Positions 9,835-19,579 of a stretch of DNA of 64,000 nucleotides are shown here, piece after piece. Each line of letters starts with the position of its first letter. Position 1 is the stretch's first letter. Made by a program: the position numbers and the translations under genes. Origin of the DNA: Promethearchaeia archaeon (GTDB lineage Archaea > Asgardarchaeota > Lokiarchaeia > Sigyniarchaeales > SOKP01). The stretch spans positions 1 through 64,000 of the forward strand of contig JAHQWL010000023.1 in the NCBI GenBank assembly GCA_029856155.1, written 5' to 3'. The notes beneath the pieces were generated by a model that had not been told where the DNA came from, did not search any database, and saw only the letters and a program-made list of their open reading frames with translations.

Positions 9835-9996
9835 TTAGTCTCGTTTAAGTCGAGTATTCCTCCATGTTCTTCTCGAATAGGGACTATCTCTCACTCTACG
9901 ATTTGTTTTTATTGTAATCCAATTTGGAATTGTCTGACTTTGGTTAGCTTTTTTTGCTCTTCGTAATTTAGAAGGTAAATTCTTATTTCTCGCCAT
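9835..9996 (-). CDS. rpl39e: Ribosomal protein L39e (53 aa, below the ORF-track cutoff)
   Basis: Hand translation MARNKNLPSKLRRAKKANQSQTIPNWITIKTNRRVRDSPYSRRTWRNTRLKRD; expected position upstream of rpl31e. Confidence 0.93.
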   Translation of the reverse strand: MARNKNLPSKLRRAKKANQSQTIPNWITIKTNRRVRDSPYSRRTWRNTRLKRD

Positions 9997-10032
9997 AATT
10001 TCTGATCTCTTAAATGTTCCTGTTTCTTATAA

Positions 10033-10374
10033 TTATTTTTTAATATTAAACTCTTTTTTTTTTCCTATTGAAGAAATTTGTTCTAATAACTTTTTAAATG
10101 CATTATCTGGTAACGGTGTTGCACCTCTTAATTGTCCTGATTGAAATAATTGAATCAACTCTAATTCAATTTGTTCTGCGAATTGTGGTTTAACCATCCG
10201 AATATTTTCTAATCTTTGCCTTCCTTCTTGGCTCAATATCTTTCTCATTAATAAATATTTTTTATTTTCAAACTCTTTTTGCTGAGCTTCTGCGATTTGT
10301 TGTTGCGCTGCTTGTTGTCTTAATTCTGCTAACTTTCTTTTTCTGATGTTATCTAGTTCTTCTTCGTCACTCAC
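10033..10374 (-). CDS. PDCD5-family dsDNA-binding protein
   Basis: DEEL..IRKRKLAEL, ILSQEGRQRLENIRMVKP; synteny with rps19e. Confidence 0.93.
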   Translation of the reverse strand: MSDEEELDNIRKRKLAELRQQAAQQQIAEAQQKEFENKKYLLMRKILSQEGRQRLENIRMVKPQFAEQIELELIQLFQSGQLRGATPLPDNAFKKLLEQISSIGKKKEFNIKK

Positions 10375-10405
10375 AATAATTCCCTAAATCTTACAAATTT
10401 TATAT

Positions 10406-10825
10406 CTAATGTCTTAAAATTGCATAAGCTGTTCGTTCTAATAAACTTGTACCTTCTGCAGAGACGGTTCTTCCTTCTTTTTCCATCTTGTCAATTAACT
10501 TTGCATTCTCCAACTGCTGCAAAGCTACTCGTATTATTTTACCACTTCCCCTTGCAGAATGATTCAGCCCTGGTCCCTTTCGATTTCTCCCACCATAAAA
10601 TTTTCTAAGTTTATTTACACCTATTGGTTCAAATTTCTTTACTTTTCTAAGAATTGAAGCACATCTGATAAACCAAAAATTTTCAGTGTCTTGTGGCGCT
10701 AATTCTTTAAAAAATGCTGTTTTCCAAAACTCTGAACCTTTTGGAGGAGAAATTTCTGGATAACCTTTTAATTTTTCTGCTAATGCTTCTACAAGTTTTT
10801 CCGGTTGAACGACAAATATTGACAT
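10406..10825 (-). CDS. rps19e: Ribosomal protein S19e
   Basis: WKTA..KELAP..WFIRCASILRK..GVNKLRKFYGG..GSGKIIRVALQQLE. Confidence 0.97.
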   Translation of the reverse strand: MSIFVVQPEKLVEALAEKLKGYPEISPPKGSEFWKTAFFKELAPQDTENFWFIRCASILRKVKKFEPIGVNKLRKFYGGRNRKGPGLNHSARGSGKIIRVALQQLENAKLIDKMEKEGRTVSAEGTSLLERTAYAILRH

Positions 10826-11074
10826 GACAAATATCGAAATTGTTAATAAATTAAAAATTTTTCGTCTAAGAAAATGAATATTTCTAATTCCATTCCACTA
10901 AATTAAATAAGAGTAATATATATAGCTGTTGTGTGTTGTTCATAGCTCTTTTTGAAGGAAATTCAATATGCTATCAGTAAGGGTTCTACTACCAAAGATT
11001 AAGTAATACGTTTAAAAAGTTAGTATAAAAAAAGTGAAAAGTCTAAATGATTAGATTATTAATGTTTGCTATCG

Positions 11075-11548
11075 TCAGCTTATTAAGTTTGATTTTTCAA
11101 ATTGATATCCTTCAAGGACTTTCAAACCCTCCTCTATTAATACAGGACCGATGATTTCTATCCACTGGTGAGGTTTAAGAAGGGTTCGACAATCTGTTTT
11201 GTTCGTTCCGCCACTGATCTTTTGGAGCATTTTTTGCGAAACGCTAAAGACGATCTTGGTGATCCGAGCCCAAAACACCGCTCCTGAGCAAAGCATACAT
11301 GGTTCCGTACTACAATACAAGCTAAATCCTTCCAAGTTCATAATTTTGTTCCTTTGGCAATAATCCCGGATTAGTGCATTTTCTGCATGCGCGGTAGGGT
11401 CAGAAGTGGCATAAATCTGATTCCCTCCTTCTGCTACGATCTCATTATTTTTAACTAGTACAGCACCAAATGGTTCCTGTCCATTCTCTCGCGCTTCCTT
11501 AGCCAATTGGAGGGCACGTCGCAGAAAAAATTCTTCTCTTTCGTTCAT
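11075..11548 (-). CDS. Nucleoside/nucleobase deaminase (TadA/guanine deaminase-like)
   Basis: PFGAVLV, DPTAHAE, EPCMLC zinc motifs; ATG at 11548 preferred over the track start 11614, which overlaps the upstream gene. Confidence 0.9.
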   Translation of the reverse strand: MNEREEFFLRRALQLAKEARENGQEPFGAVLVKNNEIVAEGGNQIYATSDPTAHAENALIRDYCQRNKIMNLEGFSLYCSTEPCMLCSGAVFWARITKIVFSVSQKMLQKISGGTNKTDCRTLLKPHQWIEIIGPVLIEEGLKVLEGYQFEKSNLIS

Positions 11549-11574
11549 AATAATCCTTCTGAGCTGTAGTTGTA

Positions 11575-12486
11575 TTAGTTCTTCTCCACCAATTCGTGCA
11601 CCATTGGTAAACATTTCAACAACAGATGAAATACATCATCCAATGACTGTAATATTCCGGGATGTATTTTGTTTAGCTTCATTAAATTCAACTCATCAAC
11701 ATCGATTATATCTGAAACACCAAGCAAAGAGATCGCGGGTATCTTGTATAGCGCACCCAGAAGATATACTGCACAACTCTCCATATCGACCGAATTACAT
11801 TTATGCAACCTCCAAGTGTTAATAGCTTCGGGCGGTTCACAAAAAAGAGTATCCGAGCTCCAGAGAATATCTTGCCGCTCTCGCCGATTCCGCTCCCCTT
11901 TATTATTATTAAATATAGTATAAATCGGTTCAGGACTGTCTGCCGACCAATAACTACCGTTTAGGGTTGGATATTTCCAGGTTTCTAAAGTTTCTATAAC
12001 ATGATTTTGAAATAACGGATTGTCTGTCAAGTGCGCTGTATTTTCCTGTAAATATTGTAAAGAAGTTCCATCAGTAAGAAAAACAGTCTTCGGAATAACC
12101 ATGCTTCCGAGATTCAACCCCGTCTCTATAGAGTGATTATTCTCCAAGGTGGTATTTAATCCACCGCAAAAGTCTATGCGAATGGCGGCCTTACAATGGC
12201 AAATTTTAAGAGTTTCCATTATCATTGCTGTGCTGGGGCTCCCCATGTTCGTCTGGATTATGGACACTTCAACATTATTCAATTTTCCGTTGCAAACCAG
12301 CCCATGAATGCTCCTCTTTTTCAATTTATGGACAATGTATCGCATGACTGTGTTGACGGCGGGAAGGATAACAATGGGGCGAATGTTTTTGGGAAACGTC
12401 TCGAGGAACATATAGGAGAGTTTTGCTTCAACGGAAATGAATTTTAGAGCCATATTGGCAATTCCCGCTTTTATCCTATTTAACAT
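11575..12486 (-). CDS. Nucleoside phosphorylase (PNP/UDP) superfamily protein
   Basis: MGSPSTAMIMETL, IRIDFCGGL, SSDTLF, VDMES, GVSD. Confidence 0.8.
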   Translation of the reverse strand: MLNRIKAGIANMALKFISVEAKLSYMFLETFPKNIRPIVILPAVNTVMRYIVHKLKKRSIHGLVCNGKLNNVEVSIIQTNMGSPSTAMIMETLKICHCKAAIRIDFCGGLNTTLENNHSIETGLNLGSMVIPKTVFLTDGTSLQYLQENTAHLTDNPLFQNHVIETLETWKYPTLNGSYWSADSPEPIYTIFNNNKGERNRRERQDILWSSDTLFCEPPEAINTWRLHKCNSVDMESCAVYLLGALYKIPAISLLGVSDIIDVDELNLMKLNKIHPGILQSLDDVFHLLLKCLPMVHELVEKN

Positions 12487-12719
12487 GGTATTCTAATTTT
12501 AATTTAATATAAGAATTAAATTTACAATCTTTCATACTTAATATTTAATTAAAACTCACAATTATAAATTTATTATCAAATTTACTTTAACTTGCCTATA
12601 TTTACCTTTTTTAATAAGATGACTAATAATAAGATAAATAAGAAGACTTAAACCATGCTATTACTAAATATTAATATAATACTTTTAAATTAATAATTTT
12701 ATTATTTTAAGAACGAAGT

Positions 12720-12992
12720 ATGCCCTATTCTGAAGATTTCAAAAAAGTGTTATTAGCAGACCCTGATGCAATTCTAGGAAAAAAAGGTCTTACAGATGAT
12801 TTTATTAATCATATTCTTAAATTATTAAAAAGACATAAAATCATAAAAATCAAAGCATTGCGATCCATTGCGACTAGAGCTAATATTAATAAATTAGCTA
12901 TTGAAATCTCGAAATTAACAGCTTCTCATCTACTAGATATTAGGGGTAAAAGCATTATACTCACTAAATATAGTATTGAAAAATTCAATTAA
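12720..12992 (+). CDS. YhbY/CRM RNA-binding protein
   Basis: ILGKKGLT..LKRHKIIKIK..IRGKSIIL. Confidence 0.88.
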   Translation: MPYSEDFKKVLLADPDAILGKKGLTDDFINHILKLLKRHKIIKIKALRSIATRANINKLAIEISKLTASHLLDIRGKSIILTKYSIEKFN

Positions 12993-13014
12993 AATTATCT
13001 TCAACAAAATTTAA

Positions 13015-13359
13015 ATGCCAAAAGGTAACAAAAATCCTAAAAATATAGCAAAAAAGATTGCAAATACAAGAATGCTTTACCTCTTTCAGAAAGCTCATGA
13101 AGTGTTTCCTAAAAATAAAACTCTTGCGAATCGATACGTTTATTTAGCAAGGCGTTATGCTCAAAGAGCTAAAATAAAAATCCCTTTTGAGTGGAAAAAA
13201 CGTGTATGTCATAAATGTAAAATGTTTTTATACCCAGGTGTGAATTATAGAATAAGAATGCACTCACAAAAAGGAAAAGGATCTCATATCTCTTTAACTT
13301 GTTTTGAGTGTAATAAAACTACAAGATATTTCATTAAATTAAAAAGGAAAAAGAAATAA
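13015..13359 (+). CDS. rnp4: RNase P protein component 4 (Rpp21)
   Basis: ANRYVYLARR..KRVCHKC..PG..RIR..TCFEC..RY. Confidence 0.93.
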   Translation: MPKGNKNPKNIAKKIANTRMLYLFQKAHEVFPKNKTLANRYVYLARRYAQRAKIKIPFEWKKRVCHKCKMFLYPGVNYRIRMHSQKGKGSHISLTCFECNKTTRYFIKLKRKKK

Positions 13360-13393
13360 TGCTATTATTTTAATTAATAACAGAGAGTAGTTT

Positions 13394-14068
13394 ATGCCAT
13401 TAATCATTATATTGGTTGAATGTGGATTAGAATTAATACCCAAACAAATAAGGAATCATCCTGCTGTGAAGAAAAATTTGTCTTCAAGTATCTATTCTTC
13501 ACAACTCTTAGATAATGCATTACATTTTTCTGCTATGAAAAAGTTGAAGAATTATGAAAAAAGAGGACGCCCTGATATAACCCATGTTTGTTTGCTTAAT
13601 GCTTTAGGATCACCCCTAAACAAAAATGGAAATTTACTACTTTTTATTCATACAATCAATAATAAAATTTTTAATATCAATCCTGAAATAAGAATCGCAA
13701 GAAATTATAATCGCTTTAAAGGACTGATGGCTAAATTGTTAATAGATGGAAGAATCGAGACAAAAGATACAAAATTAATAGAACCCTTTAAAGGAAATTT
13801 AAAGGAACTTATAGCTAAATTTGAACATTCTGAAGTATACCTTTTTTCAAGTAAGGGGACATTAATTAATAATTATAAAGAACTGTTTATAGGAGATCTG
13901 ATAAAAAACTATTTTGTAATTATAGGGGGATTTCAAAAAAGTAGTTTCTCAAAAGAGATTATTACTCTTTCGGAAAATTTAATTTCTATATCCAAACACC
14001 CTTTAGATGCATGGGCTACAGTCAATAAAGTTATATCCTACTATGAATTAACTTACGGAATCCTTTAA
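13394..14068 (+). CDS. nep1: Nep1/Emg1 SSU rRNA pseudouridine methyltransferase
   Basis: KRGRPDITHVCLL..SPLNK..RNYNRFKGLM, IGGF. Confidence 0.95.
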   Translation: MPLIIILVECGLELIPKQIRNHPAVKKNLSSSIYSSQLLDNALHFSAMKKLKNYEKRGRPDITHVCLLNALGSPLNKNGNLLLFIHTINNKIFNINPEIRIARNYNRFKGLMAKLLIDGRIETKDTKLIEPFKGNLKELIAKFEHSEVYLFSSKGTLINNYKELFIGDLIKNYFVIIGGFQKSSFSKEIITLSENLISISKHPLDAWATVNKVISYYELTYGIL

Positions 14069-14130
14069 AATCGCTAAAGTTATAAGAAATAATATATTTT
14101 TAATCTTACACTAGTTTCTAAATTTTTCAA

Positions 14131-14202
14131 GCGCGATTAGTCTAGTGGTCAGGATCTCGGCCTTCCAAGCCGATGACCCGGGTTCAATTCCCGGATCGCG
14201 CA
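14131..14202 (+). tRNA. tRNA-Gly(TCC), no intron
   Basis: Acceptor GCGCGAT/ATCGCGC, anticodon arm TCGGC-CTTCCAA-GCCGA, T arm CCGGG-TTCAATT-CCCGG. Confidence 0.97.
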
Positions 14203-14295
14203 TACTTACATTTTTAACCTCATATAAAAATAAATTTTAATACGATATCGAATTCCAAAGATATTTTTTTAACTCTCCTTTGATTAAGTAAATGT

Positions 14296-14925
14296 ATGAA
14301 CCATATTCCAAGTGGCGAGGATAAAATTAGTAAAACTGCTAGTGTAGCTTTAAGTTTTCTCCAAAAGAAATTGATTAAATCTAATCAATTCACATTTCTA
14401 GACATTGGATGTGGCGATGGACGCGATATCGACTTCATATCTTCGAATTTAGATAATCTCATAATACGAGGAATTGATATTTCATTAAAAGCTATAGAAA
14501 ATGCAATTGAGCTTAATTCAAACAAAGAAAATGTTACATTTGAATGTATGGATTGGAAGGATTTAGATGATACTCAATATGATGTAATTTACATTTCAGG
14601 TGTGTATCACTTCTTTAATATGGCTGATAGACACACATTTATTTTTAAAATCAAGAACATTTTAAAATCACATGGTTTTTTTTTCTTGAGTACACTTTCC
14701 TCAAATGATAAGCAATATTATGGAAAAGGCGTATCAGTAAAAAATGATCCAAATTCATTTCAAAGTGAGTACTTCATTCATTTCTGTTCAGAAGATGAGC
14801 TTCGGGAGGATTTCAAATTTTTGAAGATTGTTGACCTATTTGAATATTTTCATAAAAACTATTCTATAGATACAGAATATCATACAATGTGGATAATAAT
14901 AGGTAAAAATGTCAATTCTAATTGA
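14296..14925 (+). CDS. Class I SAM-dependent methyltransferase
   Basis: FLDIGCGDGR, GIDIS, YDVI, VYHF. Confidence 0.9.
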   Translation: MNHIPSGEDKISKTASVALSFLQKKLIKSNQFTFLDIGCGDGRDIDFISSNLDNLIIRGIDISLKAIENAIELNSNKENVTFECMDWKDLDDTQYDVIYISGVYHFFNMADRHTFIFKIKNILKSHGFFFLSTLSSNDKQYYGKGVSVKNDPNSFQSEYFIHFCSEDELREDFKFLKIVDLFEYFHKNYSIDTEYHTMWIIIGKNVNSN

Positions 14926-15276
14926 TATCTAGCACAAGTATGGCATCAAACGGCATAACTCGAAGATAAGTTTTATAAATTGAAAGTTGAGCCTATTTTA
15001 TTAAAAATTAAACCGGATGGTTTCACGAAGATTTGAATATTATTAGAAAAACAAGTTTGTTTCTAATTTTTTATAAAGCATAAAGTTATATTTACAAAAT
15101 CGTATGTTATTGTTGAAAAAACGTCTATAAATACATTCCATTTCCATATTAGATCACTTCGTAATATGTATTAAAAAGGCGTTTTTTCACTTCTTTTGAG
15201 TCTAATATATTTTTCTTTCAATAATCTTAAATTTCTTATTTTATTATTGAGCAATACTATACTAATAATCGTTATA

Positions 15277-16413
15277 ATGGTTAAATATACTTATAAAGAA
15301 TTTAAGTCAGTTTTAAATAAATTAAAATACCCAGATTCATGGTTTTGGTCTCGATATACTTTAAACACATATTCAGGATGTGCTCATGCTTGTATATATT
15401 GTGATGCCCGAAGTGAACGGTATTATATAGAAGATTTCGAAAATGAAGTAATTATAAAGACTAATTTTGATAAAAAATTGGATCAGAGACTTAAAAGAGC
15501 TCGAACATTATTACCAGACGTTATTGCTCCTGGAGGTGTAAATGACGCATATCAACCAATAGAAAAGAAAATTGAACACACCAGGAAAGTATTACAAGTT
15601 ATTGCAAAATATAAATTTCCAATTAATATCGCAACTAAATCAAAACTGGTAACTAGAGATATTGATATTCTAAGAAAAATTGCAGATGACACTTGGTGTA
15701 CAGTAGGATTTTCCATAACTACAACCGAGGAAGAACTTGCTAAATTCTTAGAACCCTATTCTTCATTACCATCGGAACGACTTGCGGCTTTAAAAAAGAT
15801 AAAGAAAGAGGCTCCTAATATTCAAGCAGGGACATATTTCATCCCTATAATCCCATTTTTAGAGGATAAGGATGATAGCTTAGAAGATGTAATAAGAGAA
15901 ACTAAAAAAGCTGGTGCAGATTTTATATTATTTTCACCTGGCTTAACCATAAGGGATTCTCAAGCGGAATATTTTTTAAAAAAATTAAAAGAAAGCAAAT
16001 ATAAACCCATCATTAAACCCTTACTTGAATTATATAAAGGTCAGATCCATCCACCCTCAGAATATAGTAAAAAAATCAATAATAAATTATGGAATTTATG
16101 TCAAAAATATAAAGTTAATATCCGAGTAAAGCGTTGGATTCCTTCAGATTTCCGTAAATGGAATTATAAAATATCAGAATTGCTTTTAAATAAAGAGTAT
16201 ATAGATGCATTAAAAACAGGTAAATCGAATAAAACTCTCATGTGGGCAGGATTGAACCTTAATAACCTAGAAGAATCGATTTTAGACGTCTATAATAGAG
16301 ATGAATTGCACACTATAAAAAACATTAATCCCAAAATAATTGAATTTATCGAACCTTACTTAGAAAAAAATAAAGAATTAAAACAAAGAAAGGGGTTAGA
16401 AAAATTTCTTTAA
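15277..16413 (+). CDS. Radical SAM protein, SplB/Rv2578c-like (putative DNA repair)
   Basis: NTYSGCAHACIYCDAR, DAYQPIE, TKS, LEP..ERL; ATG 15277 preferred to track TTG 15196. Confidence 0.88.
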   Translation: MVKYTYKEFKSVLNKLKYPDSWFWSRYTLNTYSGCAHACIYCDARSERYYIEDFENEVIIKTNFDKKLDQRLKRARTLLPDVIAPGGVNDAYQPIEKKIEHTRKVLQVIAKYKFPINIATKSKLVTRDIDILRKIADDTWCTVGFSITTTEEELAKFLEPYSSLPSERLAALKKIKKEAPNIQAGTYFIPIIPFLEDKDDSLEDVIRETKKAGADFILFSPGLTIRDSQAEYFLKKLKESKYKPIIKPLLELYKGQIHPPSEYSKKINNKLWNLCQKYKVNIRVKRWIPSDFRKWNYKISELLLNKEYIDALKTGKSNKTLMWAGLNLNNLEESILDVYNRDELHTIKNINPKIIEFIEPYLEKNKELKQRKGLEKFL

Positions 16414-16445
16414 TCACAAAAATAACCCAAGAAATTATTGATGTA

Positions 16446-17150
16446 TTGAGAAATACAGCTCCCAAATTAACTCCCGAACAGATTGTTCGAAGAAACAAAA
16501 TATTGAATTCTAATAATCCAAACTTTTTTGGATATGGTCATAAGATTTCTGATATAGAAAAAATTACTAAAATCGTCCATATGAAATATCAATGTAGTTA
16601 TGAGGATGCTCTCGCTGTTTGCCAAGATTTAGTTAGCTCCAGTGTTCTTGAGGAGAAATTTGCTGGTATATTTTTTCTCAATTACTTTAAAAGCAATTTC
16701 AATCAAGCGACTATAGATATGTTTGAGGATCAATTCTCTAAATACTGTGATACATGGGCTTTTTGTGATAGTAGTTGTATTAGAGTTATTGGACCATTTC
16801 TCGGAAAAAAGAACAATCAGCTATTAGCTGAAAAAACAATCGATAAATGGTCAACATCTGAAAATATTTGGGTTAGACGAGCTTCATTAGTAATTCTACT
16901 TAAAATTATAATGATGAAAAAAGGATTCGACGAGGATTATGTATTTGAATTAGTAGAAAAAATGCTTAATTACTCCGAGGATTATATTCAGAAAGCTATT
17001 GGTTGGCTCCTAAAAACGTGCTCTAAATATAAGCCAGATGTAATTTATGAATATTTAATGAAAAATAAAATAAGAATTCCTCGGTTAATTCTCAGATATG
17101 CAAGCGAAAAATTATCTAAAGAGAAAAGGGAACAGGTTTTGAAAAAGTAA
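16446..17150 (+). CDS. AlkD-like DNA alkylation repair (HEAT-like repeat) protein
   Basis: DTWAFCD, WSTSENIWVRRAS, YIQKAIGWLLK, LRYASEKL. Confidence 0.9.
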   Translation: MRNTAPKLTPEQIVRRNKILNSNNPNFFGYGHKISDIEKITKIVHMKYQCSYEDALAVCQDLVSSSVLEEKFAGIFFLNYFKSNFNQATIDMFEDQFSKYCDTWAFCDSSCIRVIGPFLGKKNNQLLAEKTIDKWSTSENIWVRRASLVILLKIIMMKKGFDEDYVFELVEKMLNYSEDYIQKAIGWLLKTCSKYKPDVIYEYLMKNKIRIPRLILRYASEKLSKEKREQVLKK

Positions 17151-17321
17151 AAGATTCAAATGAAAATACTTCAATTTCTTAAAAAAACAGATTATTTTGG
17201 TATTATATTAGAGTTGGGAATTATAATTTTAAATAAATTTGTTTCAATCATGTTTTACAATAATTTTTGTTTCATTTTTTCTTATTAGAACTATAATTAA
17301 AAATATGGAGGTTATGCCCAA

Positions 17322-17762
17322 ATGGATATAAACGATATAAAATGCCCTAAATTTGCTTGGATATTAATGATTGGTCTTGGTTGCTTTGATTTGATTAGAG
17401 GATTCATGCATACCGTTATGCTTGAATTTGCAGCTATCAATATTTTTGTAATTGATTTATCTGGCGGTGTGGATAATCAAATGCTTTTATTAGGGATCTT
17501 TGGAATTTCAAATTATCTCACGGGAATTATGTTCATATTAATTGGATTTAAAGCTCGACAATTAGTTCCAATAATGCTTCCTGTAATACCAATCACATAC
17601 TTCTTAGGAGCTGCATTAATTACTAGGGTTGCAAACCCTACCGCCCAGTTAGGAGGAGCTCCTTATATGCTGGTATATTTTGCGATTTGTATAGCAGCAT
17701 CTCTAGCAATCTTGGTTATAAAAATTAAAAATAGAATGGAAAAAAAAAAGATACCAGTTTAA
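17322..17762 (+). CDS. Hypothetical membrane protein (~4 TM)
   Basis: Hydrophobic segments; GGAGG upstream. Confidence 0.75.
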   Translation: MDINDIKCPKFAWILMIGLGCFDLIRGFMHTVMLEFAAINIFVIDLSGGVDNQMLLLGIFGISNYLTGIMFILIGFKARQLVPIMLPVIPITYFLGAALITRVANPTAQLGGAPYMLVYFAICIAASLAILVIKIKNRMEKKKIPV

Positions 17763-17898
17763 ATAAATACATCAAGAAATTTTGAGAAAATAAAATATTC
17801 ACTTGAAAAAACTTTAAATGATATTTTTTCCTTTTTAAATTACGAATTTTGATATTTTAAAAACTTCAATGTTTTATAAAGTAAAAATTCTCCACAAA

Positions 17899-18060
17899 GC
17901 CAAGGTGGCGTAGCCCGGGAACGCACTAGAATCATCAGAATTACTGATAATGGTGAAACTGAAGATCTAGGTATCGAGCAGAATGAACTCCTCGTTCATT
18001 CTCGAGAAAGTTCAAAGGGATTCGCCTTTAACGGATTCCGGAATAATCTCTCCCTTGGCA
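17899..18060 (+). tRNA. tRNA-Phe(GAA) with three non-canonical introns (17930-17957 at 30/31, 17979-18008 at 51/52, 18016-18045 at 58/59)
   Basis: Acceptor GCCAAGG/CCTTGGC; removing three hairpin introns with BHB-like junctions gives a 74-nt cloverleaf with CTAGA-CTGAAGA-TCTAG and GAGAG-TTCAAAT-CTCTC. Confidence 0.9.
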
Positions 18061-18385
18061 ATTATCCTAATTCTCATCAATAATATAAATCATTCAAATT
18101 TCTAATAGAAATAGTTCAATTTTCCCCTTAATTCATAACTCTTAAAATTTAAAAATGTTTGATATAGTTCTAAGGTTGTAGGTATTCTGTTATATTTTTC
18201 ATTGAATTATTCAATAAAATCATACACTTTTTGATGCTTTATATTACTAACAGCATATGATGCTGTTGGTTGGAGGAGTTCGCAGATGAACTCTTTTCAG
18301 ATTTAGATACTTAAAGATATTGAAAGAGAGGGTTAAGAACTAAATATTTTAAAAAAATAAAACAAAAAAGGCAAAAAAATAGACT

Positions 18386-19519
18386 TTAAGATTTCTTCAA
18401 TTTTTTACTTAAAATGAATACTACAACGGATAGAATGCCAAACAGAACGAATAGATTATATCCAGGAATTATTCCATCGTCTTGACTATAAATACAATCT
18501 CCATTATCACTAAATGTGTTTCCTTCACAATCAATCTCTATGAAGCATCCATCATTTCCTTGCAAGATATTTGCCGAAATTATATTTTCATCACTACTTT
18601 TTAAATATATCCCGAATTGAGAATTGTTAAATACGTTGTTTTCCGTAATGTCGTTCCAATTGCTGCCTTCTAAATATATTCCGTTAGCGCCATTAAAGCT
18701 TATAGTATTTTCCGTAATTTTATTTTCATGACTATTTACTGAATTTATTCCGTTAACAACATTAAAGCTTATAGTATTTTCCGAAAGGATATTATTAACA
18801 CCATATACATATATCCCACTAACCCCGTTATTACTTGCGTTGTTTCCTGAAATGATGTTGTTATTACCTCCACAACTTATCCCGTCAAGCATGTTGTTAG
18901 TTGCAGAATTTCCTGATATTATGTTATTATTACTTACTGTAATTCCTATCCCAAACCGATAATTCATGTCTGCTATATTTCTCGCAATGATATTATGATA
19001 ACATAACGATAAATATATTCCATAATAAGTCCACGAACAATTATTCATGATTATCAGAGAATTGTTTACATTTGATAATTTAATTCCAGCTTTATATTCT
19101 CCTGGTGGAAATTGGGATATAGCATTGTAGAGGGTACAATTTTCAATTGTAAAATACACATTTGAATTTTCAATCCAGATGCAATTTTCTCCATTTTTTG
19201 AACCTCGACCATCTATTACTAAATCTTCAATAATATAAGGGTCGGAATATGTGCCCGAACCCGTACAATTTCCATCATTTTTAAAATCAACCCAACCAGA
19301 ATTACCATCTATAAAAATTGGCTCCGAAACTTGTGAGGTTTTCAAATTTTCTTTAATAAAAGAAATATCGTTACTATATTCCGAACATGGATAGCTATTT
19401 CCCGTATCAAGAATGAGATTAGTGCTATTTATAGTTAAAAGGATGAAAACAATTCCTAAAGTGATTAAAATAATTATTTTTGATTTTGCATTTGATTTCA
19501 TATTATTTTCACCATTCAA
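18386..19519 (-). CDS. Secreted NosD-like parallel beta-helix protein with IPGY (Loki-CTERM-type) C-terminal anchor
   Basis: N-terminal signal/TM, GSGTYSDPYIIE, repeated NN.I..N....N..GI.L units, C-terminus IPGYNLFVLFGILSVVVFILSKKLKKS. Confidence 0.9.
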   Translation of the reverse strand: MNGENNMKSNAKSKIIILITLGIVFILLTINSTNLILDTGNSYPCSEYSNDISFIKENLKTSQVSEPIFIDGNSGWVDFKNDGNCTGSGTYSDPYIIEDLVIDGRGSKNGENCIWIENSNVYFTIENCTLYNAISQFPPGEYKAGIKLSNVNNSLIIMNNCSWTYYGIYLSLCYHNIIARNIADMNYRFGIGITVSNNNIISGNSATNNMLDGISCGGNNNIISGNNASNNGVSGIYVYGVNNILSENTISFNVVNGINSVNSHENKITENTISFNGANGIYLEGSNWNDITENNVFNNSQFGIYLKSSDENIISANILQGNDGCFIEIDCEGNTFSDNGDCIYSQDDGIIPGYNLFVLFGILSVVVFILSKKLKKS

Positions 19520-19579
19520 GTTAAATATAATTTGTAAGCAATTAATAATTAGGTTTATTTTCTTTATATAGATTTCAAT

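Noticed and set aside
18600-18960. Nucleotide repeats such as ATTAAAGCTTATAGTATTTTCCG (about 18692 and 18761) as DGR or CRISPR-like repeats
   Set aside because: They are in-frame internal duplications encoding beta-helix coils (ENTISFN), and no reverse transcriptase is nearby
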